A stretch of DNA of 64,000 bases, from assembly GCA_045863395.1 (NCBI GenBank), contig BTVJ01000003.1:160001-224000 (forward strand), read 5' to 3'. Made by a program: the position numbers and the translations under genes. A model generated the notes under the pieces. The model did not search any database, was not told where the DNA came from, and worked only from the letters and a program-made list of their open reading frames with translations. Shown here piece after piece: positions 1 through 17,069 of the stretch. Position 1 is the first letter of the stretch, and each line of letters begins with the position of its first letter. This DNA is from Myxococcales bacterium (GTDB lineage Bacteria; Myxococcota_A; UBA9042; JABWCM01; BTVJ01).

Positions 1-273
1 GCCTCGCGGCTCCTCATGCTCACCGGCGCCAAGGGCGTGCTGCGGGACCCCGACGACCCGGCGACGTGCATCCCCCGCCTGACCGTGGCCGAGGCCCGAG
101 AGGCCATCGCCACAGGCGCGGTTCGCGGGGGGATGATCCCCAAGCTGGAGGAGAGCTTCAAGGCGCTGGAGCTCGGCGTGCCCCAGGTGCACGTCCTCAG
201 CCACGCGGAGCCCCACGCCGTGCTGACGGAGCTGGTCACCGAGGAGCGGTCGGGGACCCTGCTGGTGCCCTGA
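1..273 (+). CDS. argB: Acetylglutamate kinase, C-terminal part (5' end outside window)
   Basis: LTGAKGVL...GAVRGGMIPKLE...GVPQVHVL...GTL matches the amino-acid kinase (NAGK) C-terminus; frame is open from base 1. Confidence 0.85.
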   Translation, partial: ASRLLMLTGAKGVLRDPDDPATCIPRLTVAEAREAIATGAVRGGMIPKLEESFKALELGVPQVHVLSHAEPHAVLTELVTEERSGTLLVP

Positions 274-279
274 CGCCTG

Positions 280-756
280 CTACGGCCTCGTGACCACCAC
301 CTTCGCCTCGGGCAGATAGCCGCTGGTGCGGTCGTCCCAGGCCTCGTGGGCGTGGCTCACCTCGATGCGCAGGCCGAGCGCGAGGCCGTCCTTTCCCTCG
401 TCGATCTGGACGTCCTTGATCTCCTCGGCGTCGCCCTTCGTGAGCATGAGGCGCGCCGTGCCTTTGCGGGACTTTCCCCGCGGCGTCTCCACCGTCGTCC
501 ACGAGGTCTTGACGAGCTGGAGGACCAGGTCCGTGCCCTCCAGCTTGACCGCCCCCGTCCCCACCAGGTGGATCTCCTCGCCCAGCTTCGCCGTCGGCCC
601 CTTCCACGCGGCCGCCTCGGCCTGCTGCCTCTGGGCGGCCTCCCGCGCGGCGGCCTCCCGCTCCATCGCCGCCCGGTCGACCATCTGCTCCTTGGGGACC
701 ACCCGCTCCGAGCTGCCGCACGCGGCCAGCATCACCACCAGTGCCACCGTCCTCAT
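280..756 (-). CDS. Hypothetical lipoprotein
   Basis: AGGAGG upstream of ATG 756; MRTVALVVMLAAC lipobox. Confidence 0.75.
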   Translation of the reverse strand: MRTVALVVMLAACGSSERVVPKEQMVDRAAMEREAAAREAAQRQQAEAAAWKGPTAKLGEEIHLVGTGAVKLEGTDLVLQLVKTSWTTVETPRGKSRKGTARLMLTKGDAEEIKDVQIDEGKDGLALGLRIEVSHAHEAWDDRTSGYLPEAKVVVTRP

Positions 757-825
757 GTCGAGCCTCCTGTTCCTGATGGAGCCACGGGTGCACACATAGC
801 ACAGATCACGCGGACTTGGGGGGAA

Positions 826-1545
826 TCACGGGTCGAAGGCAAAGGCGCCGCTGATCGCCACCCCGACGAACCAGTCGCTCCACCTGCCGGCGGGGCCGAT
901 GCCCGCGTCCGCCTCGTGGTGCTGCACGTCCAGGCCCACCCCCACCATGCCCCCGTAGCGCGACCAGGTCGGCAGCACCAGGATCTCGATGATGCGCAGG
1001 TCCGGCGTGAACGCCCGCTCCTCGACCACCCCGCCCGTGATCCCCGACCCGGTCACCGTGTAGACGCCCGTGAAGGCCCAGGCGGCCGACAGGGCGACGG
1101 CGACCCCCAGGCGGTCCGCGCCCCCGATGGGTGCCGTCCCCGTGACGCGCGCCTCGAAGCCCACGACGCCCGCGTCCATGGACCAGGTCAGGGCGCCCCG
1201 GTCCGCCTGCTCCCCCGTGACGCCGATGGTCGGCCCCAGGTGGGCGTGCAGCGTGAAGCCGTCCAGGTCCGCGACCAGGCCCGGCGCGATGACCACGCGC
1301 GCGCCGAGCAGTTGCTCGCTGGGCATGGCGCCAAGCGCCCCCGGCGCCCACGAGATCGTCTGTGGCGCCACCCGCCAGATGGGGGCCGTGACGCCCGCGC
1401 CGAGCAGGGAGAAGCGCAGCCGGGGCTCGAGGGCGTCATCGAGGGACACGCTGGTGTCCACGTCGGGGGGGGCCAGGTCGCCGTCTGCGAGGACCGGCGG
1501 CGCGAGGAGCAGCGCCAGGGCGAACGTCAGGAGGCGCATCGTCAC
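826..1545 (-). CDS. Secreted, possibly outer-membrane beta-rich hypothetical protein
   Basis: Signal peptide MRLLTFALALLLAPPVLA; alternating hydrophobic strands; GTGA overlap with the upstream gene. Confidence 0.65.
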   Translation of the reverse strand: MTMRLLTFALALLLAPPVLADGDLAPPDVDTSVSLDDALEPRLRFSLLGAGVTAPIWRVAPQTISWAPGALGAMPSEQLLGARVVIAPGLVADLDGFTLHAHLGPTIGVTGEQADRGALTWSMDAGVVGFEARVTGTAPIGGADRLGVAVALSAAWAFTGVYTVTGSGITGGVVEERAFTPDLRIIEILVLPTWSRYGGMVGVGLDVQHHEADAGIGPAGRWSDWFVGVAISGAFAFDP

Positions 1546-2807
1546 TCCTCCCAGCCGGCGTCGAGGCCCATGGCGCGCACCGTGCCGCCCGTCACCGGGT
1601 CCACGATCAGGACGCGCCCGCTCTCGCCCGTCGGAACCCCCACGAGCAGCTCGGCGATGCCGTCGCCGGTCCAGTCCGCGAAGGGGCGGACCGTCGAGCC
1701 GAAGGTGTCGGGCCCCGAGAGCTCACGGATCAGCGTGAACGTGGCACCCGACAGCAGGAACACGAGGCCGCCCGAGCAGCTGGGGCTGTCGCAGGACATG
1801 GCCGCCGCGACGTCGGGCACCCCGTCGCCGTCCACGTCGCCCGCCCCGTGGAGCGACAGGCGGGGCTCGTCCACCCCATCCGGGCCGCGCAGCCCTGCCC
1901 AGGTATGGGTGACCTCGCAGGTGACGGGGTCGACCGCCACGATGGTCTCTGCGTCCTGGCCCGTGACCACGACGGGGGTCGCCGTCTCGCCCGTCCCGAC
2001 GACGGCCGCGACGGCTCCGTAGCCCAGCAGCGCACCGTCCGGGCCCTCGCAGGTGCGCACCCAGGCGCCGTCGACGCCCGAGAGCACGTGGAGCGCACCG
2101 CCTGGCCACGCCAGGGGCGCCCCGACCACCACGTCGGGCACTCCGTCTCCGGTGGCGTCGGGGCTGGGGGCCACCCCGAGCCCGAAGCCCTCGCCCGGTG
2201 TCACGCCCTCCACGGAGAAGAGGGCCCCCGAGCCCGAGAACACGGTGAGGCGCCCGAGGTTGCCCCCCTCCTGGGCGCCCCAGGACGGCGAGACCACCGC
2301 CAGCTCTTGCCAGCCGTCGTCGTCCAGGTCGTGGAGGGCTATCGCGGTGCCGCCGAAGGCCTCGCCCTCCACGAGCCCGGTGACGGTGGCCGTGTCGAGC
2401 AGCGCGCCGGGCTCCACCAGGTGGCACGCTCCGACGAAGGCCGCCTCCCGCGTCGACTCGAAGGGAGCGCACGTCACGAGGCGCGAGGCGCCACCGGGGC
2501 CTCGCAGCGTCGTCATGGAGTACCCGAGCCACGCCCGCCCCGTGGCGCCCGTCCAGCACCCCCGCGCCTCCCCCGTGGCGCCGGAGAGCACGCACACCCG
2601 GCCTGCCTCGACGCGGGCGTGATCGCCGCGGGTCTCCGTGGTCGCCGGGGCGCTGACCGCCAGCTCCGGCGTACCGTCGCCGTCCAGGTCGCCCAGCACC
2701 GCGATGGAGAACCCCCACAGGGTGTCCGATGGCAGCGCGGACTCGCCGCAGGCCGCGAGGGCGAGCGCCAGGAGCGCCCATCGCGGCGATGGGGTCACCT
2801 GGAGCAT
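1542..2807 (-). CDS. FG-GAP (integrin-alpha beta-propeller) repeat lipoprotein
   Basis: LALAAC lipobox; repeats GDLDGDGTPELAVSAP, DLDDDGWQELAVVSP, DATGDGVPDVVVGAP, GDVDGDGVPDVA, DWTGDGIAELLVGVP. ATG 2807 overlaps the upstream TGA. Confidence 0.85.
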   Translation of the reverse strand: MLQVTPSPRWALLALALAACGESALPSDTLWGFSIAVLGDLDGDGTPELAVSAPATTETRGDHARVEAGRVCVLSGATGEARGCWTGATGRAWLGYSMTTLRGPGGASRLVTCAPFESTREAAFVGACHLVEPGALLDTATVTGLVEGEAFGGTAIALHDLDDDGWQELAVVSPSWGAQEGGNLGRLTVFSGSGALFSVEGVTPGEGFGLGVAPSPDATGDGVPDVVVGAPLAWPGGALHVLSGVDGAWVRTCEGPDGALLGYGAVAAVVGTGETATPVVVTGQDAETIVAVDPVTCEVTHTWAGLRGPDGVDEPRLSLHGAGDVDGDGVPDVAAAMSCDSPSCSGGLVFLLSGATFTLIRELSGPDTFGSTVRPFADWTGDGIAELLVGVPTGESGRVLIVDPVTGGTVRAMGLDAGWEE

Positions 2808-3934
2808 CACGGCAGGTCGTCCGGGCAGGATCCCTGGCACTCCGTCTTGCAGGCGGTGACGCACAGGGCCGACCACGCGCCGGTGCAGCAGGTGGGGATG
2901 AGGTCGCACACGCACTCCTCGCAGCCGCAGCCATTGCAGCCGGGGGCAGTGGAGGTGGCGCACCCGGTACACCCGGTGCCGCACTCCTCGCAGGCGGCCG
3001 CGCACGTCGCGTCCCAGGCCACGTCGCAGCAGAAGGGGGAGGCCGCGCACACGCAGCCCTCGCAGGAGCAGCCCTGGCACCCGCCCTCGGCGCGCTCGGC
3101 GCATCCGGTCGGGCAGGGACCGCAGTCGGCGCCGCAGGTCTCGCAGGTCTCGCCGACGAGCGGGTCGCACTCCCCGTCGCCGCAGGGGGTGCAGGACCCG
3201 CACTGCTCGCAGGCGCTCACGCAGTCGGCCGTCCAGGCCCCCGTGCAGCAGGCGGGCTTCGCGGCGCACACGCACGCCTCACAGGCGCAGCCCGAGCAGC
3301 CGCCGAACGTGGAGACCGTGCACCCGTCCGAGCACGGCCCGCAGTCCAGGGGGCACGTGTCGCAGGACTCGCCCTTGGTCGTCTGGCAGGAGCCGTTGCC
3401 ACACTGCGCGGGGCAGGTGTCCAGGCCGTTGCCGCACAGCCCGTCGATGCAGTGCTCGTCCTTGGTGCACGGGTCCCCGTCGTCGCAGGGCCCGACCCGG
3501 GGCAGGTGGACGCACCCTTCGTCCAGGTCGCACTCGTCGTTGGTGCAGCCGTTCGCGTCGTTGCAGTCGACGGCCTTGCCGCCCAGGCAGAGCCCACCCG
3601 AGCACACCTGGTCCGTATAGCAGGCGTTCTTCCCGTCGCAGGGGGCGCCGTCGTTGACCGGCGCGAACAGGCACTTTCCGGTCGTCGCAGCGCACACCAT
3701 GGTCTGGCACGGGCCCGGGTCCCCCTTGCCCGCGCAGTCGGCGGCGGTCGCGCACTCGGGCTCGGGGTCGGGGACGGTGCCCAGGTCGAGCCAGCCGGTG
3801 ACGATGTCGGTCGTGGCGTCGACCGCTGGGGCGGCCGTGTCGGGGCCGGCGTCCTTGGCGGACTCCTCCTCGGCGGCGCACGCCCCGAGCAGGGTCGCGA
3901 CCACCCAGAGCGCCACGGTTGCAGTTCGGCTCAC
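2807..3934 (-). CDS. Cysteine-rich lipoprotein (myxobacterial/Dictyostelium-type Cys repeats)
   Basis: LLGAC lipobox; CDGKNACY, CNDANGCTNDEC, CDDGDPCTKDEHC; three GCxGCxCExCVC..CC..W..C units. Confidence 0.8.
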   Translation of the reverse strand: MSRTATVALWVVATLLGACAAEEESAKDAGPDTAAPAVDATTDIVTGWLDLGTVPDPEPECATAADCAGKGDPGPCQTMVCAATTGKCLFAPVNDGAPCDGKNACYTDQVCSGGLCLGGKAVDCNDANGCTNDECDLDEGCVHLPRVGPCDDGDPCTKDEHCIDGLCGNGLDTCPAQCGNGSCQTTKGESCDTCPLDCGPCSDGCTVSTFGGCSGCACEACVCAAKPACCTGAWTADCVSACEQCGSCTPCGDGECDPLVGETCETCGADCGPCPTGCAERAEGGCQGCSCEGCVCAASPFCCDVAWDATCAAACEECGTGCTGCATSTAPGCNGCGCEECVCDLIPTCCTGAWSALCVTACKTECQGSCPDDLP

Positions 3935-4044
3935 GGCACACCTCCTGACGGCGTGCAGCTTGCCCCTGCGAGCCGGGCGGATGCAAGTCCGACCTCCGCA
4001 GCGCGCTCCGGTCCGGTTCGGCCTGGCCGGAACGTGCGCCGGTT

Positions 4045-4071
4045 TAAGTAAGTATCCAGTTCCGCCGTTGC
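4045..4071 (+). promoter_or_regulatory. Possible sigma-28 (FliA)-type promoter
   Basis: TAAG(4045)-N15-GCCGTTGC(4064) versus consensus TAAA-N15-GCCGATAA, in an AT-rich patch upstream of the FliD-like gene. Confidence 0.3.
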
Positions 4072-4131
4072 CCCGATTTGGTTAGACTCTGCCGTCCCCG
4101 GTGCAATCGCAGCTTTGAGGGGTGCTCAGAC

Positions 4132-5298
4132 ATGAAGATCTCAGGCGTCAACCCGGCCCTCGTGGGCCCCGCGACCCGTCCCACGCCCTACGCGAGCCGC
4201 CCAGATGACGCCCCCAGCCGCGGGCGCGGGGACGCGGAGCAGCACGCGCGCTTCGTCGAGAAGGCCACGGCGCTCAAAGGGGCGGCCGGGGAGCTCGCTC
4301 ACGCAATCGAGGCGACCCAGCGGGTCGTGACCTCCGGCCATGTGACGTCGTCGCGGACCCTGGGGCTCGACGAGGCGCTGCTCCAGATGGCGGGGACCCG
4401 GACGGCCCGGCGGATGCCAGACTCGAAGCGCCCCATGGCCCAGGTGCCGGCGCTGTCCAGCGTTCGCCGAGGCGACTTCTCGGTGAACGGGTACCAGATC
4501 GACGTGGACCCGTTCTCGGACTCCCTGACCGACGTGCTGGCGCGCGTCGAGCTCCTGTCGCCGAACACCCGCGCTACCTTCTCTGCGGCGACCAACAAGG
4601 TGATGCTCGCCAGCCGCGGCGACAGGAGGCTGGTCCTGGCAGACGGAGAGGCGGCCTTCCTCCAGGCGATCAGCGTGTTGCCCGGGCGGTTCGCGGCGGA
4701 CGCTGCGCGCGATGCCGAGGCAGCCCAGGAGGCCGCGCGGGCGGCGGAGGCGGCGAGCGCCCAGGCCGGGCAGGGCGACTCCCTCGCCGCGGAGGAGGCC
4801 GCGAAGGCAGCTCAGCAGACCGCCGACAGGGCCGCCCAGGCGGCGGAGCAGTCGGCGGCTCGGGCCGAGATCGAGTCCGCGGTGAGCCGGTTCCAGGAGG
4901 CGTTCAACCAGTTTGCGGCCATCGAGGAGCCGCTGGTCACCTATGACAACGGTGGAAAGGTCACCGTCGCCGCGTCCGGTCGCACGCAGCTCGACCGGGT
5001 GGTGTCCGCGGGCTACAGCCGCGCGGGCCTCGAGGGGGCCAGCCTGGCGTCGGCCCGCTTCGACGTGGGGCCTGAGCTGTCGTTCCGCTTCGACAACCCA
5101 CGCGGGGTGATGCAGGTGGACGCCAACGCCATCGCCGAGGCAGTCGTCAATGGGGGCTCCGTCGCCAGCCGCTTCCTCCTCGGCGACCCGGCGGAGGGCA
5201 GCACGGGGCTCGTGCAGGAGCTGAGCGGACGCCTGACCGACTTCCTGCAGCTCGCCCGCGGCGAGGCCACCATCTTCACCCCGGTGGGTGTCGCGTGA
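4132..5298 (+). CDS. FliD (flagellar cap)-like protein, shortened/divergent
   Basis: GDFSVNGYQIDVDPFSDSLTDVLARV...ATFSAATNKVMLAS, IESAVSRFQEAFNQ and GVMQVDANAIAEAV...GLVQELSGRL resemble FliD middle and C-terminal segments. Confidence 0.5.
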   Translation: MKISGVNPALVGPATRPTPYASRPDDAPSRGRGDAEQHARFVEKATALKGAAGELAHAIEATQRVVTSGHVTSSRTLGLDEALLQMAGTRTARRMPDSKRPMAQVPALSSVRRGDFSVNGYQIDVDPFSDSLTDVLARVELLSPNTRATFSAATNKVMLASRGDRRLVLADGEAAFLQAISVLPGRFAADAARDAEAAQEAARAAEAASAQAGQGDSLAAEEAAKAAQQTADRAAQAAEQSAARAEIESAVSRFQEAFNQFAAIEEPLVTYDNGGKVTVAASGRTQLDRVVSAGYSRAGLEGASLASARFDVGPELSFRFDNPRGVMQVDANAIAEAVVNGGSVASRFLLGDPAEGSTGLVQELSGRLTDFLQLARGEATIFTPVGVA

Positions 5299-6769
5299 CC
5301 GGTCCGTGACCGACGCCCCCGCCCGCCCGCACCGTGTCCTCGGTGGCTATGAGCTGCTCAGGCCGGAGCGATCCCCCGGCTCGTGGCTCGCCCGCGTGCG
5401 GGACACCGATGGCTTTCAGCGCAGCGTCGTCGTCCGCGTGCTCGACCCTGCGGAGCTGGTCGATGGCCGCCTCTCCCTGGAGGTCGCCGAGCGGCTCCGA
5501 CTGATCGCCGATCGCTCCCACCCCTCGCTGATGGCGCTCCTCGACGTGTGTCGCGATGGCGACACCATCTTCGCGGTGATGGAGCACGTCCCAGGCTCGG
5601 ACCTCGAGGCGGTCGCCCGGGCCGCGCCCGGAGCCCTCCCGCCCGACGTGATCGCGAGCATCGGCAAGGACGTGTGCCTCGCCATCGAGGCGCTCCATGG
5701 CCGACCGGGAGCCCGCGCGGGGGCGCAGCCGCTCGTCCACGGGGCCATCGACGGTGGGGCGATCCGGCTGTCGCGCCGGGGAGAGGTGCGCCTGACGGTC
5801 CCGGCCCTCGCCCTGCCCGCGTCCGATCTCCCGCACGATCCCGTGGAGGATCTCTTCTCCCTCGGGCTGGCGCTGCGCCCCCTCTGCGGACCCGGAACGG
5901 CGCTCGCCAGTGTGCTCGCGCGCGCCACCACCGTCCACCCGGAGCTGCGCTACCAGAACGCTGGCGCCATGAGGCTCGCCCTGGATCAGGCGCTCCGCAG
6001 CCTGGACCCCAACCTGAGCCCCCGCGAGCGACGCCGCCGTAGCGACGCGCTCCAGACGCGGCTTGCAGCGCTCGTCGCGCTGGCTCAGGAGAGGGAGGAG
6101 GCGCGGGGGGAGCCCGGCGGCCTCATCCCGATGGACCGCCACGACTTTGCGCCGGGGCCGGGGTCGATGTTCATCGAGGTCGAGAGGGGGGAGGGCCCGA
6201 GCGACCCGCCTCGGCCCGGGGCGCCCGTCGCGCCCGTGCGCCAGCGCCGCGACCGGCACACGCTGGAGCTGGTCCCCACCGCCGATCAGGGGCTGCACGC
6301 CCACGCGGCGATCCCCCTCGCCGCCGCGCCGGGGCGACCAGCCGGCGCGACCCTGGAGCACCTCGCGGCCGGGCCCTCCCACGACACGGAGGAGACGCCC
6401 GCCCTCTGGCAGCACATCGAGGGTGACGCCGTGGCGGCACCGCCGGCCCACGTCGAGCTGTCCGACCTGCTCGTCGTGGACGCCATCCCGCGGCCCGGTG
6501 AGCAGCCGACCGTGCCCCCCCCAGCGCCCGAGCCGCCCCCGCCGAGCCCGGTCCTGTCGACGCGAGCGGGCTACCGCAGCGAGAGCCGGCGCATGCCGCT
6601 GCTGGCGAGCCCGCTGTTCCGGCTGCTGGTGGTGGCCGTCGTGGTGCTGGTCTCGTTGCTGGTGTGCCTCGGCGCGCTCCTGGTCGACCGGGGCCACCGG
6701 CAGGCCGCCATGGACGCGCTGCCCAGCGCGTCGTGGGAGGGGGAGCCCGGGTCCATCCCGTCGCTGTGA
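5288..6769 (+). CDS. Membrane-anchored Ser/Thr pseudokinase
   Basis: LGGYELL, GFQRSVVVRVL, HPSLMALLDV, VMEHVPGSDL, PELRYQNA; VHGAID replaces HRD and TVP replaces DFG; Pro-rich linker and C-terminal TM helix. Alternative start GTG 5306. Confidence 0.7.
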   Translation: MSRDRSVTDAPARPHRVLGGYELLRPERSPGSWLARVRDTDGFQRSVVVRVLDPAELVDGRLSLEVAERLRLIADRSHPSLMALLDVCRDGDTIFAVMEHVPGSDLEAVARAAPGALPPDVIASIGKDVCLAIEALHGRPGARAGAQPLVHGAIDGGAIRLSRRGEVRLTVPALALPASDLPHDPVEDLFSLGLALRPLCGPGTALASVLARATTVHPELRYQNAGAMRLALDQALRSLDPNLSPRERRRRSDALQTRLAALVALAQEREEARGEPGGLIPMDRHDFAPGPGSMFIEVERGEGPSDPPRPGAPVAPVRQRRDRHTLELVPTADQGLHAHAAIPLAAAPGRPAGATLEHLAAGPSHDTEETPALWQHIEGDAVAAPPAHVELSDLLVVDAIPRPGEQPTVPPPAPEPPPPSPVLSTRAGYRSESRRMPLLASPLFRLLVVAVVVLVSLLVCLGALLVDRGHRQAAMDALPSASWEGEPGSIPSL

Positions 6770-6887
6770 CGCCGGGCGCCCGGGAGATTCGTCGGTGCCC
6801 TGTGAGCAAGCGCCAGCGCCGAGGGTCCAGAGTCGCCCGGCATCCTGGCGCTCGCGCCCTCATGGACGGGCAACGGCCACACGGGCC

Positions 6888-7568
6888 CTAGCGCAGCGAG
6901 AGCCCGAGGGAGATGGTCACGTCGCCGTAGAGGTCGTCGTGGCGCCCGTTGACGTAAGGGTTGTTCCAGTTGCGGCCGTCGACGCGGTGGAACGGGACCC
7001 AGACGCCGCCGCTGAGGTGCAGATCGAGGCCGGCGCTCTCGGTGAGCCAGACGGTTCCGGCCAGGCCGGTCTCGAAGGTGGCGCAGTGGTTGACCTGCGT
7101 CGCGGCGTAGCCATCCCCCTCGTCGGCCAGCGGCAGGTAGCGGTAGCCGAGCAGGGCCAGGGGCTGGAGCGTCCACCCCTCGCCGGCGGAGTCCCGCCCG
7201 TCGACGACGACCCACGCGAGGCCGCCGCGGACGAAGGCGTCGACGTGGAGTGAGGGGCCGAACATCGACATGGTGAGCGAGGTGCCTGCCTCGACCGTGC
7301 CGCGCTCGAGCAGGTCGAAGGCGAGGCCCAGGCGCGCCCAGGTCCACCCCACGTTCCAGCTGTGGCTGGTCGCGGGGGAGAGGCGGATGTGGATCGCGGA
7401 CAGGGTGGCGGGCGCAGGCTCCACTGGCGGAGCAGCGTTGCTCCCGGTGGGGGGATCCACCGTGGAGGCAGCGGCGCCGGGTGAGGGCGCGGCGGCGCGG
7501 GCCACGCCAGGGGCGAGCGACCACCAGAAGAAGGCGAGCAGCGCGGCTGTCGACGGGGGGCGGCTCAT
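6888..7568 (-). CDS. Secreted, putative outer-membrane beta-barrel protein
   Basis: AGGAGG RBS before ATG 7568; signal peptide ending VARA; amphipathic strands ending DVTISLGLSLR. Confidence 0.6.
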   Translation of the reverse strand: MSRPPSTAALLAFFWWSLAPGVARAAAPSPGAAASTVDPPTGSNAAPPVEPAPATLSAIHIRLSPATSHSWNVGWTWARLGLAFDLLERGTVEAGTSLTMSMFGPSLHVDAFVRGGLAWVVVDGRDSAGEGWTLQPLALLGYRYLPLADEGDGYAATQVNHCATFETGLAGTVWLTESAGLDLHLSGGVWVPFHRVDGRNWNNPYVNGRHDDLYGDVTISLGLSLR

Positions 7569-7979
7569 CTGGGGCCTCCTGTGATGCGGTGTCGAGCCTG
7601 GCCTCTGGGCGTGCGTGACGGTCACGGTCCCGCGCAGCCCCGGCTGCAAGACGGATGCCTGTCCGTACCGGCGGCTCCTCGTGGGCGCCCTGGAGTCCAC
7701 GTTCCATCCGCGTAGCCACTCAGGCTCGCGAATCCGCGCGGTTGCCACCGCGGTCATTGCGCACCTGTTTGGTCCTGTTTTCGTCGTGCTTCTCCACGCT
7801 TTCGCCCCCGGCGCGCCCGATCGGGTGGACACACCAAGCCACAGGATCTAGCATTCAACGGCCATCATCAGTGGAGCGGGCGACGCGCAGATCGCCTGTC
7901 AATCCAGTGGGTTGAATGATCCCAGGCGAGGGGACTGGTGTGTCCGGCGCACGTGCTCGAGCAGGGACAGGTGGTGCAA

Positions 7980-14430
<6,451 letters not shown>

Positions 14431-14441
<11 letters not shown>

Positions 14442-16986
14442 CGGGGCCACCACAGCGGGAGCCTCCGGTGGCCCTGCGAGGCAGGATCCGAAGGATCGCA
14501 CTCCCGAGGCCGGGTTGAGAGGGGGCGCCCCTCCGGCGAGCGGGTCTGCCGCCCCCGTCACGCGGCACGTCGCCGCCGTCCGTGTCGTCACGGCGCCGCG
14601 TGGCGTGACGGCTCGGCCCGTCGAACCCGGGCGAGTCGCGGTCTCTCCCGTGGCTCCGGTCACCCACGCGTCGCATCCGCACTCTCCGGCACGAGCCCCG
14701 ACCTCCAGGGTGGAGCTCGCTCGGCCACCGGCCGGGTCTGCCTGCGCGCTGGTGGTCGACGACACGCCGGAGAAGCTCATGGCGCTGTGCGCCTCTCTCG
14801 AGGGGCTCCCCCTCGAGGTCATCGCGGCGCGGTCCGGGGAGGAGGCGCTCCGGTGGCTCCTTGATCGCGACTTCGCGGTGCTGCTGCTCGACGTGGCCAT
14901 GCCGGGGCTCTCCGGCTTCGAGATCGCGAGGCTCGTGCGCCAGCGGCTGCGCACCGAGCACACGCCCATCATCTTCGTCACGAGCATCGGCACCGATGAC
15001 GCCCAGGTGGCAGAGGGCTACGAGCTCGGCGCGGTCGACTACATCTTCGCGCCCGTCAACCACCACGTCCTGCGCGCCAAGGTGATGGCCTTCGTCGAGC
15101 TCTTCCGCAAGACTCGGCTGCTGGGGGAGCAGGCCCGCCAGCTCGAGAATCAGACCAGGGAGCTGGCGGCGAGCCAGCAGAGCTTTCGCAGCATCGTGGA
15201 CAAGTCTGCCGACGGGATCGTCGTCGTGGACGCCGACAACCTCGTGCGCTTCGCAAACCCGGCGGCGGTCCGGTTCTTCGGATGGCGCGCCGCCATCGTG
15301 GGAGAGCCGTTCGGCCACCGCATCGAGGCGGACCGCACGGTGGACATCGTCGTCTCGCGCCCAGGCGGACCAGGGGTCGTCGCCGAGGTCTCCGCCGTGA
15401 GCACCGAGTGGGAGGGCGAGGCGGCCACCCTGTGCGTGCTTCGCGACGTGACGCCACGCAAGCGCGCGGAGGCGCGACTGGCAGAAGAGAAGGAGCGTCT
15501 GTCGGTCACGCTCCGCTCGCTGCGGGACGCGGTGGTCACGACCGACACGGAGGGGCGTGTCGTCCTCATGAACAGCGGCGCCGAGCTGCTGCTCGGCCAC
15601 AAGCTCGACGAGGTGCGCGGGGCGCCGCTGCGGTCCCTGGTGGAGCGGATCGAGGGAGCCAACGGCAGCATCGGCCGCGCCCTGGAGTCGGTGCTCGACC
15701 GCCAGACGGACGGCTTCCGCGAGGGCCGAAGCGCGCTGCCGCTCCACGACCGCGTCCTGCACTACCACGTTGCGCCTGTCGTAGACGTCGCGGGAGTCAG
15801 CTCGGGCGCCGTCCTCGTGCTGCGAGACATCACCGAGCAGCAGCGCGTCGAGGCCGAGGTCCTCAGGACCAACAAGCTGGAGTCGCTCGGCGTGCTCGCC
15901 GGAGGGATCGCGCACGACTTCAACAACATCCTGGCCGGAGTCATGGCGAGCGTCTCACTCGCGGAGGTGATGGTCCGCTCGCAGGTCCCCGCCGCCGCTG
16001 ACCGCCTGCGGACGGCGACAAGGGTGTGCGAGCGGGCGCGGGACCTGACCCGGCAGCTCCTGACCTTCTCGAAGGGAGGCGCCCCCATCCGCGAGACCCT
16101 GTCTCTCGCCGAGGTGCTCCCCGACGCGGTGGACCTGGCGCTCGGCGGCTCCAGCGTGGCGTGCGACCTGCAGATTGCGGACGACCTGTGGGCCGTGGAG
16201 GCGGACGCGGGGCAGCTCGGCCAGGCGGTGCAGAACGTGACGCTGAACGCGGTTCAGTCCATGCCGCTCGGGGGGCAGGTCGTGATTCGGGCCGAGAACG
16301 TCATGTACGCCGATGACCAGTCCCTGCCGCTGAACCCTGGGCCACACGTCAGGGTCACCATCGAGGACCACGGGCCTGGGATCCCGCCCGACCTGCTCCC
16401 GCGGGTGTTCGACCCGTTCTTCACGACAAAGGACATCGGTACGGGCCTGGGCCTCTCCACGACGCTGTCGATCCTGCAACAGCACGACGGGCACGTCGTC
16501 ATCGAGTCGGAGCCTGGCAAGGGGACGACCGTGACTCTGTACCTGCCCGCGGTGCTGGAGTGCCCGCAGCCGAGGTCCCGGAGCGAGCACTCGGAGCTCC
16601 AGGCGGGGACGGGGACGATCCTCGTGATGGACGACGACTGGGCCATCCGCGAGCTCGCGGGCCAGTGCCTCTCCCAGCTCGGGTACGACGTGTGCTATGC
16701 GTCCAACGGCGAGGAGGCGATCAGCGCATACCGGGAGGCGCTCGGGCGGCAGCAGCGCATCGACGCGGTGATCCTGGATCTCACGATCCGTGGCGGCATG
16801 GGCGGGCGAGAGGCCGTAGCGCGGCTGCTCGACCTCGATCCGACCGTCCGGGCCATCGTCTCGAGCGGCTACTTCAACGACCCCGTCATGGCCGACTACC
16901 GCGGCTACGGCTTCAGCGGCATCCTCAGCAAGCCTTACAGCGTCGCCGACCTGGGTCGCGTCTTGCGCGAGGTGCTCGCGAGCTGA
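14431..16986 (+). CDS. Hybrid histidine kinase REC-PAS-PAS-HisKA-HATPase-REC
   Basis: [13 protein letters not shown]; two PAS-like segments; [28 protein letters not shown]-terminal ILVMDDD..ILDLT..KP; overlaps the upstream kinase. Confidence 0.93.
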
Positions 16987-17069
16987 GTGGGCCGGGGCTT
17001 GGGCGCCCAGGGCCGGATCGCAGGCCACCACCTCCTCTGGCGGCGGACCGCGTGTGATTCACCGCATCG

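Noticed and set aside
2808..3275. Long N-terminal extension of the FG-GAP ORF
   Set aside because: Overlaps the Cys-rich gene in another frame; the lipoprotein signal begins near 2807.
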